Source of the DNA: Eledone cirrhosa
Lineage: Eukaryota
Reading direction: 5' to 3'
Length of the DNA stretch: 64,000 bases
Assembly (NCBI GenBank): GCA_964016885.1
Contig: OZ024741.1
Coordinates: forward strand, 127,596,001 to 127,660,000
Of this stretch, positions 52,423-64,000 are shown in pieces. The first letter of the stretch is position 1. Each line of letters begins with the position of its first letter. The notes under the pieces were generated by a model that was not told where the DNA came from, did not search any database, and saw only the letters and a list, made by a program, of their open reading frames with translations. The position numbers and the translations under genes were made by a program.

Positions 52423-55400
52423 ACAAAATACACCCAGCCCACTCTATAATGTGGTAATGCTGGTTCACTACAAAATACACCTAGCCCACTCTATAATGTG
52501 GTCGTGCTGGTTCTACTATAAAATACACCCAGCCCACTCTATAATGTGGTCGTGCTGGTTCTACTACAAAATACACCTAGCCCACTCTATAATGTGGTAG
52601 TGCTGGTTCTACTACAAAATACATTCAGCCCACTCTATAATGTGGTAATGCTGGTTCTACTACAAAATACACTCAGCCCCCTCTATAATGTGGTAGTGCT
52701 GGTTCTACTACAAAATACACTCAGCCCACTCTATAATGTGGTCGTGCTGGTTCTACTACAAAATACACCCAGCCCACTCTATAATGTGGTAGTGCTGGTT
52801 CTACTACAAAATACACTCAGCCCACTCTATAATGTGGTAATGCTGGTTCTACCACAAAATACACCCAGACCACTATAATGCGGTAATGCTGGTTCTACCA
52901 CAAAATACACTCAGCCCACTCTATAATGTGGTAGTGCTGTTTCTACCACAAAATACACTTAGCCCACTCTATAATGTGGTAGTGCTGGTTCTACCACAAA
53001 ATACACCCAGCCCACTCTATAATGTGGTAGTGCTGGTTCTACTACAAAATACACTCAGCCCACTCTATAACGTGGTAATGCTGTTTCTACCACAAAATAC
53101 ACTTAGCCCACTCTATAATATAGTGCTGGTTCTACCACAAAATACACTCAGCCCACTCTACAATGTGGTAGTGCCGGTTCTACAACAAAATACACCCAAC
53201 CCACTCTATAATGTGGTAGTGCTGGTTCTACTACAAAATACACCCAGCCCACTCTATAATGTGGTAGTGCTGGTTCTACTACAAAATACACCCAGCCCAC
53301 TCTGTAATGTGGTAATGCTGGTTCACTACAAAATACACCTAGCCCACTCTATAATGTGGTCGTGCTGGTTCTACTACAAAATACACCCAGCCCACTCTAT
53401 AATGTGGTAGTGCTGGTTCTACTACAAAATACACCCAGCCCACTCTGTAATGTGGTAATGCTGGTTCACTACAAAATACACCCAGCCCACTCTATAATGT
53501 GGTCGTGCTGGTTCACTACAAAATACACCTAGCCCACTCTATAATGTGGTCGTGCTGGTTCTACTACAAAATACACCCAGCCCACTCTCTAATGTGGTCG
53601 TGCTGGTTCTACTACAAAATACACCTCGCCCACTCTATAATGTGGTAGTGCTGGTTCTACTACAAAATACATTCAGCCCACTCTATAATGTGGTAATGCT
53701 GGTTCTACTACAAAATACACTCAGCCCACTCTATAATGTGTTAGTGCTGGTTCTACTACAAAATACACTCAGCCCACTCTACAATGTGGTAATGCTGGTT
53801 CTACTACAAAATACACTCAGCCCACTCTATAATGTGGTAATGCTGGTTCTACTACAAAATACACCCAGCCCACTCTATAATGTGGTAGTGCTGGTTCTAC
53901 TACAAAATACACTCAGCCCACTCTATAATGTGGTAATGCTGGTTCTACCACAAAATACACCCAGACCACTATAATGCGGTAATGCTGGTTCTACCACAAA
54001 ATACACTCAGCCCACTCTATAATGTGGTAGTGCGGTTTCTACCACAAAATACACTTAGCCCACTCTATAATGTGGTAGTGCTGGTTCTACCACAAAATAC
54101 ACCCAGCCCACTCTATAATGTGGTAGTGCTGGTTCTACTACAAAATACACTCAGCCCACTCTATAACGTGGTAATGCTGTTTCTACCACAAAATACACAT
54201 AGCCCACTCTATAATGTGGTAGTGCTGGTTCTACCACAAAATACACCCAGCCCACTCTATAATGTGGTAGTGCTGGTTCTACTACAAAATACACTCAGCC
54301 CACTCTATAATGTGGTAGTGCTGGTTCTACTACAAAATACACCTAGCACACTCTATAATGTGGTAGTGCCGATTCTACTACAAAATACACTCAGCCCACT
54401 CTATAATGTGGTAGTGCTGGTTCTACCACAAAATACACCCAGCCCACTCTAGAATGTGGTAGTGCTGGTTCTACCACAAAATACATTCAGCCCACTCTAT
54501 AATATAGTGCTGGTTCTACCACAAAATACACTCAGCCCACTCTATAATGTGTTAGTGCCGGTTCTACAATAAAATACACCCAACCCACTCTATAATGTGG
54601 TAGTGCTGGTTCTACTACAAAATACACCCAGCCCACTCTATAATGTGGTAGTGCTGGTTCTACTACAAAATACACCCAGCCCACTCTGTAATGTGGTAAT
54701 GCTGGTTCTACCACAAAATACACTCAGCCCACTCTATAACGTGGTAGTGCTGATTCTACCACAAAATACACCTAGCCCACTCTATAATGTGGTAGTGCCG
54801 GTTCTACTGCAAAATACACCCAGCCCACTCTATAATGTGGTAGTGCTGGTTCTACTGCAAAATACACCCAGCCCACTCTATAATGTGGTAGTGCCGATTC
54901 TACTACAAAATACACTCAGCCCACTCTATAATGTGGTAGTACTGGTTCTACCACAAAATACACCCAACCCACTCTATAATGTGGTAGTGTTGGTTCTACG
55001 ACAAAATACACTCAGCCCACTCTATAATGTGGTAGTGCCGGTTCTACTACAAAATACACTCAGCCCACTCTATAACGTGGTAGTGCTGATTCTACCACGA
55101 AATACACCTAGCCCACTCTATAATGTGGTAGTGCCGGTTCTACTGCAAAATACACCCAGCCCACTCTATAATGTGGTAGTGCTAGTTCTACTACAAAATA
55201 CACCTAGCCCACTCTATAATGTGGTAGTGCCGATTCTACTACAAAATACACTCAGCCCACTCTATAATGTGGTAGTTTTGGTTCTGCTACAAAATACACT
55301 CAGCCCACTCTATAATGTGGTAATGCTGGTTCTACTACAAAATACACCCAGCCCACTCTGTAATGTGGTAATGCTGGATCAACTACAAAATACACCCAGC

Positions 55401-56603
55401 CCACTCTATAATGTGGTAGTGCCGATTCTACTACAAAATACACTCAGCCCACTCTATAATGTGGTAGTGCTGGTTCTACCACAAAATACACCCAGCCTAC
55501 TCTAGAATGTGGTAGTGCTGGTTCTACCACAAAATACATTCAGCCCACTCTATAATATAGTGCTGGTTCTACCACAAAATACACTCAGCCCACTCTATAA
55601 TGTGGTAGTGCCGGTTCTACAACAAAATACACCCAACTCACTCTATAATGTGGTAGTGCTGGTTCTACTACAAAATACACCCAGCCCACTCTATAATGTG
55701 GTAGTGCTGGTTCTACTACAAAATACACCCAGCCCACTCTGTAATATGGTAATGCTGGTTCTACTACAAAATACACTCAGCCCACTCTATAATGTGGTAG
55801 AGCTGGTTCTACTACAAAATACACCTAGCCCACTCTATAATGTGGTAGTGCTGGTTCTACTACAAAATACACTCAGCCCACTCTATAATGTGGTAGTGCT
55901 GGTTCTACTACAAAATACACCCAGCCCACTCTATAATGTGGTAGTGCTGGTTCTACTACAAAATACACTCAGCCCACTCTATAATGTGGTAATGCTGGTT
56001 CTACCACAAAATACACCCAGACCACTATAATGCGGTAATGCTGGTTCTACCACAAAATACACTCAGCCCACTCTATAATGTGGTAGTGCTGTTTCTACCA
56101 CAAAATACACTTAGCCCACTCTATAATGTGGTAGTGCTGGTTCTACCACAAAATACACCCAGCCCACTCTATAATGTGGTAGTGCTGGTTCTACTACAAA
56201 ATACACTCAGCCCACTCTATAACGTGGTAATGCTGTTTCTACCACAAAATACACATAGCCCACTCTAAAATGTGGTAGTGCTGGTTCTACCACAAAATAC
56301 ACCCAGCCCACTCTATAATGTGGTAGTGCTGGTTCTACTACAAAATACACTCAGCCCACTCTATAATGTGGTAGTGCTGGTTCTACTACAAAATACACCT
56401 AGCACACTCTATAATGTGGTAGTGCCGATTCTACTACAAAATACACTCAGCCCACTCTATAATGTGGTAGTGCTGGTTCTACCACAAAATACACCCAGCC
56501 CACTCTAGAATGTGGTAGTGCTGGTTCTACCACAAAATACATTCAGCCCACTCTATAATATAGTGCTGGTTCTACCACAAAATACACTCAGCCCACTCTA
56601 TAA
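52423..56603 (+). repeat. ~4.2-kb satellite block matching 44680-48860 (offset 7743 bp)
   Basis: Offsets 44803/52546, 45143/52886, 45803/53546, 46239/53982, 46854/54597, 47766/55509, 48295/56038, 48529/56272. Confidence 0.88.
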
Positions 56604-59600
56604 CGTGGTAGTGCTGATTCTACCACAAAATACACCTAGCCCACTCTATAATGTGGTAGTGCCGGTTCTACTGCAAAATACACCCAGCCCACTCTATAAT
56701 GTGGTAGTGCTAGTTCTACTACAAAATACACCTAGCCCACTCTATAATGTGGTAGTGCCGATTCTACTACAAAATACACTCAGCCCACTCTATAATGTGG
56801 TAGTGCTGGTTCTACCACAAAATACACCCAACCCACTCTATAATGTGGTAGTGTTGGTTCTACGACAAAATACACTTAGCCCACTCTATAATGTGGTAGT
56901 GACGGTTCTACTACAAAATACACTCAGCCCACTCTATAACGTGGTAGTGCTGATTCTACCACGAAATACACCTAGCCCACTCTATAATGTGGTAGTGCCG
57001 GTTCTACTGCAAAATACACCCAGCCCACTCTATAATGTGGTAGTGCTAGTTCTACTACAAAATACACCTAGCCCACTCTATAATGTGGTAGTGCCGATTC
57101 TACTACAAAATACACTCAGCCCACTCTATAATGTGGTAGTTTTGGTTCTGCTACAAAATACACTCAGCCCACTCTATAATGTGGTAATGCTGGTTCTACT
57201 ACAAAATACACCCAGCCCACTCTGTAATGTGGTAATGCTGGATCAACTACAAAATACACCCGGCCCACTCTGTAATGTAGTAATGCTGGTTCTACTACAA
57301 AATACACTCAGCCCACTCTATAATGTGGTAATGCTGGTTCTACCACAAAATACACCCAGACCACTACAATGTGGTAATGCTGATTCTACCACAAAATACA
57401 CTCAGCCCACTCTATAATGTGGTAGTGCTGGTTCTACCACAAAATACACTCAGCCCACTCTATAATGTGGTAGTGCTGGTTCTACCACAAAATACACCCA
57501 AACCACTCTATAATGTGGTAGTGCTGGTTCTACTACAAAATACACCCAACTCACTCTATAATGTGGCAGTGCTGGTTCTACTACAAAATACACTCAGCCC
57601 ACTCTATAATGTGGTAGTGCTGGTTCTACTACAAAATACATCTAGCACACTCTATAATGTGGTAGTGCCGGTTCTACTACAAAATACACTCAGCCCACTC
57701 TATAACGTGGTAGTGCTGATTCTACCACAAAATACACCTAGCCCACTCTATAATGTGGTAGTGCCGGTTCTACTGCAAAATACACCCAGCCCACTCTATA
57801 ATGTGGTAGTGCTAGTTCTACTACAAAATACACCTAGCCCACTCTATAATGTGGTAGTGCCGATTCTACTACAAAATACACTCAGCCCACTCTATAATGT
57901 GGTAGTGCTGGTTCTACCACAAAATACACCCAGTCTACTCTAGAATGTGGTTATGCTGGTTCTACCACAAAATACATTCAGCCCACTCTATAATATAGTG
58001 CTGGTTCTACCACAAAATACACTCAGCCCACTCTATAATGTGGTAGTGCCGGTTCTACAACAAAATACACCCAACCCACTCTATAATGTGGTAATGCTGG
58101 TTCTACTACAAAATACACCCAGCCCACTCTGTAATGTGGTAATGCTGGTTCTACCACAAAATACACTCAGCCCACTCTATAATGTGGTAGAGCTGGTTCT
58201 ACTACAAAATACACCTAGCCCACTCTATAATGTGGTAGTGCTGGTTCTACTACAAAATACACTCAGCCCACTCTATAATGTGGTAGTGCTGGTTCTACTA
58301 CAAAATACACCCAGCCCACTCTATAATGTGGTAATGCTGGTTCTACTACAAAATACACCTAGCCCACTGTATAATGTGGTAGTGCTGGTTCTACCACAAA
58401 ATACACCCAGCCCACTCTATAATGTGGTAATGCTGGTTCACTACAAAATACACCTAGCCCACTCTATAATGTGGTCGTGCTGGTTCTACTACAAAATACC
58501 CCCAGCCCACTCTATAATGTGGTCGTGCTGGTTCTACTACAAAATACACCTAGCCCACTCTATAATGTGGTAGTGCTGGTTCTACTACAAAATACATTCA
58601 GCCCACTCTATAATGTGGTAGTGCTGGTTCTACTACAAAATACACCTAGCACACTCTATAATGTGGTAGTGCCGATTCTACTACAAAATACACTCAGCCC
58701 ACTCTATAATGTGGTAGTGCTGGTTCTACCACAAAATACACCCAGCCCACTCTAGAATGTGGTAGTGCTGGTTCTACCACAAAATACATTCAGCCCACTC
58801 TATAATATAGTGCTGGTTCTACCACAAAATACACTCAGCCCACTCTATAATGTGGTAGTGCCGGTTCTACAACAAAATACACCCAACCCACTCTATAATG
58901 TGGTAGTGCTGGTTCTACTACAAAATACACCCAGCCCACTCTATAATGTGGTAGTGCTGGTTCTACTACAAAATACACCCAGCCCACTCTGTAATGTGGT
59001 AATGCTGGTTCTACCACAAAATACACTCAGCCCACTCTATAACGTGGTAGTGCTGATTCTACCACAAAATACACCTAGCCCACTCTATAATGTGGTAGTG
59101 CCGGTTCTACTGCAAAATACACCCAGCCCACTCTATAATGTGGTAGTGCTAGTTCTACTACAAAATACACCTAGCCCACTCTATAATGTGGTAGTGCCGA
59201 TTCTACTACAAAATACACTCAGCCCACTCTATAATGTGGTAGTACTGGTTCTACCACAAAATACACCCAACCCACTCTATAATGTGGTAGTGTTGGTTCT
59301 ACGACAAAATACACTCAGCCCACTCTATAATGTGGTAGTGCCGGTTCTACTACAAAATACACTCAGCCCACTCTATAACGTGGTAGTGCTGATTCTACCA
59401 CGAAATACACCTAGCCCACTCTATAATGTGGTAGTGCCGGTTCTACTGCAAAATACACCCAGCCCACTCTATAATGTGGTAGTGCTAGTTCTACTACAAA
59501 ATACACCTAGCCCACTCTATAATGTGGTAGTGCCGATTCTACTACAAAATACACTCAGCCCACTCTATAATGTGGTAGTGCTGGTTCTACCACAAAATAC

Positions 59601-62600
59601 ACCCAGTCTACTCTAGAATGTGGTTATGCTGGTTCTACCACAAAATACATTCAGCCCACTCTATAATATAGTGCTGGTTCTACCACAAAATACACTCAGC
59701 CCACTCTATAATGTGGTAGTGCCGGTTCTACAACAAAATACACCCAACCCACTCTATAATGTGGTAATGCTGGTTCTACTACAAAATACACCCAGCCCAC
59801 TCTATAATGTGGTAGTGCCGATTCTACTACAAAATACACTCAGCCCACTCTATAATGTGGTAGTTTTGGTTCTGCTACAAAATACACTCAGCCCACTCTA
59901 TAATGTGGTAATGCTGGTTCTACTACAAAATACACCCAGCCCACTCTGTAATGTGGTAATGCTGGATCAACTACAAAACACACCCAGCCCACTCTATAAT
60001 GTGGTAGTGCCGATTCTACTACAAAATACACTCAGCCCACTCTATAATGTGGTAGTGCTGGTTCTACCACAAAATACACCCAGCCTACTCTAGAATGTGG
60101 TAGTGCTGGTTCTACCACAAAATACATTCAGCCCACTCTATAATATAGTGCTGGTTCTACCACAAAATACACTCAGCCCACTCTATAATGTGGTAGTGCC
60201 GGTTCTACAACAAAATACACCCAACCCACTCTATAATGTGGTAGTGCTGGTTCTACTACAAAATACACCCAGCCCACTCTATAATGTGGTAGTGCTGGTT
60301 CTACTACAAAATACACCCAGCCCACTCTGTAATGTGGTAATGCTGGTTCTACCACAAAATACACTCAGCCCACTCTATAATGTGGTAGAGCTGGTTCTAC
60401 TACAAAATACACCTAGCCCACTCTATAATGTGGTAGTGCTGGTTCTACTACAAAATACACTCAACCCACTCTATAATGTGGTAGTGCTGGTTCTACTACA
60501 AAATACACCCAGCCCACTCTATAATGTGGTAATGCTGGTTCTACTACAAAATACACCTAGCCCACTGTATAATGTGGTAGTGCTGGTTCTACCACAAAAT
60601 ACACCCAGCCCACTCTATAATGTGGTAATGCTGGTTCACTACAAAATACACCTAGCCCACTCTATAATGTGGTCGTGCTGGTTCTACTACAAAATACACC
60701 CAGCCCACTCAATAATGTGGTCGTGCTGGTTCTACTACAAAATACACCTAGCCCACTCTATAATGTGGTAGTGCTGGTTCTACTACAAAATACATTCAGC
60801 CCACTCTATAATGTGGTAATGCTGGTTCTACTACAAAATACACTCAGCCCACTCTATAATGTGGTAGTGCTGGTTCTACTACAAAATACACTCAGCCCAC
60901 TCTATAATGTGGTAATGCTGGTTCTACTACAAAATACACCCAGCCCACTCTATAATGTGGTAGTGCTGGTTCTACTACAAAATACACTCAGCCCACTCTA
61001 TAATGTGGTAATGCTGGTTCTACCACAAAATACACCCAGACCACTATAATGCGGTAATGCTGGTTCTACCACAAAATACACTCAGCCCACTCTATAATGT
61101 GGTAGTGCTGGTTCTACTACAAAATACACCCAGCCCACTCTATAATGTGGTAGTGCTGGTTCTACCACAAAATACACCCAGCCCACTCTATAATGTGGTA
61201 GTGCTGGTTCTACTACAAAATACACTCAGCCCACTCTATAACGTGGTAATGCTGTTTCTACCACAAAATACACTTAGCCCACTCTATAATGTGGTAGTGC
61301 TGGTTCTACCACAAAATACACCCAGCCCACTCTATAATGTGGTAGTGCTGGTTCTACTACAAAATACACTCAGCCCACTCTATAATGTGGTAGTGCTGGT
61401 TCTACTACAAAATACACCTAGCACACTCTATAATGTGGTAGTGCCGATTCTACTACAAAATACACTCAGCCCACTCTATAATGTGGTAGTGCTGGTTCTA
61501 CCACAAAATACACCCAGCCCACTCTATAATGTGGTAGTGCTGGTTCTACTACAAAATACACTCAGCCCACTCTATAATGTGGTAGTGCTGGTTCTACCAC
61601 AAAATACACCCAGCCCACTCTAGAATGTGGTAGTGCTGGTTCTACCACAAAATACATTCAGCCCACTCTATAATATAGTGCTGGTTCTACCACAAAATAC
61701 ACTCAGCCCACTCTACAATGTGGTAGTGCCGGTTCTACAACAAAATACACCCAACCCACTCTATAATGTGGTAGTGCTGGTTCTACTACAAAATACACCC
61801 AGCCCACTCTATAATGTGGTAGTGCTGGTTCTACTACAAAATACACCCAGCCCACTCTGTAATGTGGTAATGCTGGTTCTACCACAAAATACACTCAGCC
61901 CACTCTATAATGTGGTAGAGCTGGTTCTACTACAAAATACACCTAGCCCACTCTATAATGTGGTAGTGCTGGTTCTACTACAAAATACACTCAGCCCACT
62001 CTATAATGTGGTAGTGCCGGTTCTACTACAAAATACACCCAGCCCACTCTATAATGTGGTAATGCTGGTTCTACTACAAAATACACCTAGCCCACTGTAT
62101 AATGTGGTAGTGCTGGTTCTACCACAAAATACACCCAGCCCACTCTATAATGTGGTAATGCTGGTTCACTACAAAATACACCTAGCCCACTCTATAATGT
62201 GGTCGTGCTGGTTCTACTACAAAATACACCCAGCCCACTCTATAATGTGGTCGTGCTGGTTCTACTACAAAATACACCTAGCCCACTCTATAATGTGGTA
62301 GTGCTGGTTCTACTACAAAATACATTCAGCCCACTCTATAATGTGGTAATGCTGGTTCTACTACAAAATACACCCAGCCCACTCTGTAATGTGGTAATGC
62401 TGGATCAACTACAAAATACACCCAGCCCACTCTGTAATGTAGTAATGCTGGTTCTACTACAAAATACACTCAGCCCACTCTATAATGTGGTAATGCTGGT
62501 TCTACCACAAAATACACCCAGACCACTACAATGTGGTAATGCTGGTTCTACCACAAAATACACTCAGCCCACTCTATAATGTGGTAGTGCTGGTTCTACC

Positions 62601-64000
62601 ACAAAATACACTCAGCCCACTCTATAATGTGGTAGTGCTGGTTCTACCACAAAATACACCCAACCCACTCTATAATGTGGTAGTGCTGGTTCTACTACAA
62701 AATACACCCAACTCACTCTATAATGTGGTAGTGCTGGTTCTACTACAAAATACACTCAGCCCACTCTATAATGTGGTAGTGCTGGTTCTACTACAAAATA
62801 CACCTAGCACACTCTATAATGTGGTAGTGCCGGTTCTACTACAAAATACACTCAGCCCACTCTATAACGTGGTAGTGCTGATTCTACCACAAAATACAAC
62901 TAGCCCACTCTATAATGTGGTAGTGCCGGTTCTACTGCAAAATACACCCAGCCCACTCTATAATGTGGTAGTGCTGGTTCTACCACAAAATACACCCAAC
63001 CCACTCTATAATGTGGTAGTGCTGGTTCTACTACAAAATACACCTAGCCCACTCTATAATGTGGTAGTGCCGATTCTACTACAAAATACACTCAGCCCAC
63101 TCTATAATGTGGTAGTGCTGGTTCTACCACAAAATACACCCAGCCTACTCTAGAATGTGGTAGTGCTGGTTCTACCACAAAATACACTCAGCCCACTCTA
63201 TAATGTGGTAGAGCTGGTTCTACTACAAAATACACCTAGCCCACTCTATAATGTGGTAGTGCTGGTTCTACTACAAAATACACTCAGCCCACTCTATAAT
63301 GTGGTAGTGCTGGTTCTACTACAAAATACACCCAGCCCACTCTATAATGTGGTAATGCTGGTTCTACTACAAAATACACCTAGCCCACTGTATAATGTGG
63401 TAGTGCTGGTTCTACCACAAAATACACCCAGCCCACTCTATAATGTGGTAATGCTGGTTCACTACAAAATACACCTAGCCCACTCTATAATGTGGTCGTG
63501 CTGGTTCTACTACAAAATACACCCAGCCCACTCTATAATGTGGTAGTGCTGGTTCTACCACAAAATACACCCAGCCTACTCTAGAATGTGGTAGTGCTGG
63601 TTCTACCACAAAATACATTCAGCCCACTCTATAATATAGTGTTGGTTCTACCACAAAATACACCCAGCCCACTCTATAATGTGGTAATGCTGGTTCACTA
63701 CAAAATACACCTAGCCCACTCTATAATGTGGTCGTGCTGGTTCTACTACAAAATACACCCAGCCCACTCTATAATGTGGTCGTGCTGGTTCTACTACAAA
63801 ATACACCTAGCCCACTCTATAATGTGGTAGTGCTGGTTCTACTACAAAATACATTCAGCCCACTCTATAATGTGGTAATGCTGGTTCTACTACAAAATAC
63901 ACCCAGCCCACTCTGTAATGTGGTAATGCTGGATCAACTACAAAATACACCCAGTCCACTCTGTAATGTAGTAATGCTGGTTCTACTACAAAATACACTC

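Larger units (their letters stand above)
37840..64000 (+). repeat. 48-bp tandem satellite array, right arm (~545 monomers, runs off window edge)
   Basis: Same monomer and orientation as the left arm. Resumes mid-monomer at AATGCTGTTTCTACCACAAAA (37840) and continues the variant order interrupted at 34589. Confidence 0.99.

Noticed and set aside
35-63830. Many plus-strand ORFs of (VVLVLLQNTPSPLYNV)n, up to 748 aa, and minus-strand (YFVVEPALPHYRVGWV)n ORFs
   Set aside because: 48 bp is 16 codons and one frame happens to lack stops. The common variants are non-synonymous, stops and frameshifts are amplified along with the repeats, and most starts are GTG. No sign of coding constraint.
1-64000. 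CRISPR-like array (regular repeats with internal dyad)
   Set aside because: No unique spacers (the whole 48 bp repeats), no cas genes, and the context is eukaryotic.
1-64000. Satellite-encoded hammerhead ribozyme, as in some animal satellites
   Set aside because: The core motifs CTGANGA and GAAA are not present together in the consensus on either strand.

Overview
Eukaryotic (most likely animal) repetitive DNA, not a gene region. About 95% of the window is one head-to-tail 48-bp satellite, consensus TATAATGTGGTA(G/A)TGCTGGTTCTAC(T/C)ACAAAATACAC(TC/CC/CT)AGCCCACTC, roughly 1,270 monomers, all in one orientation. It is organised into nested higher-order duplications with periods of 2104, 2242, 2539, 2968, 7743 and about 10.4-11.6 kb. 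It is interrupted once (34588-37839, minus strand) by a 5'-truncated CR1-clade non-LTR retrotransposon with an uninterrupted endonuclease+RT ORF2, a duplicated 3' UTR and an (ATT)7 tail. The insertion has no target-site duplication and deleted about 9 bp of target. Best candidate for something new: ORF2 has no usable AUG and lies in the -1 frame of the putative ORF1 remnant. That remnant ends in a perfect in-phase slippery heptamer G_GGA_AAC directly followed by its stop codon, suggesting retrovirus-style -1 frameshifting in a LINE. The Leu/Val/Pro-rich ORFs in the track are artefacts of the 48-bp (16-codon) period. All alignments and counts were made by eye.
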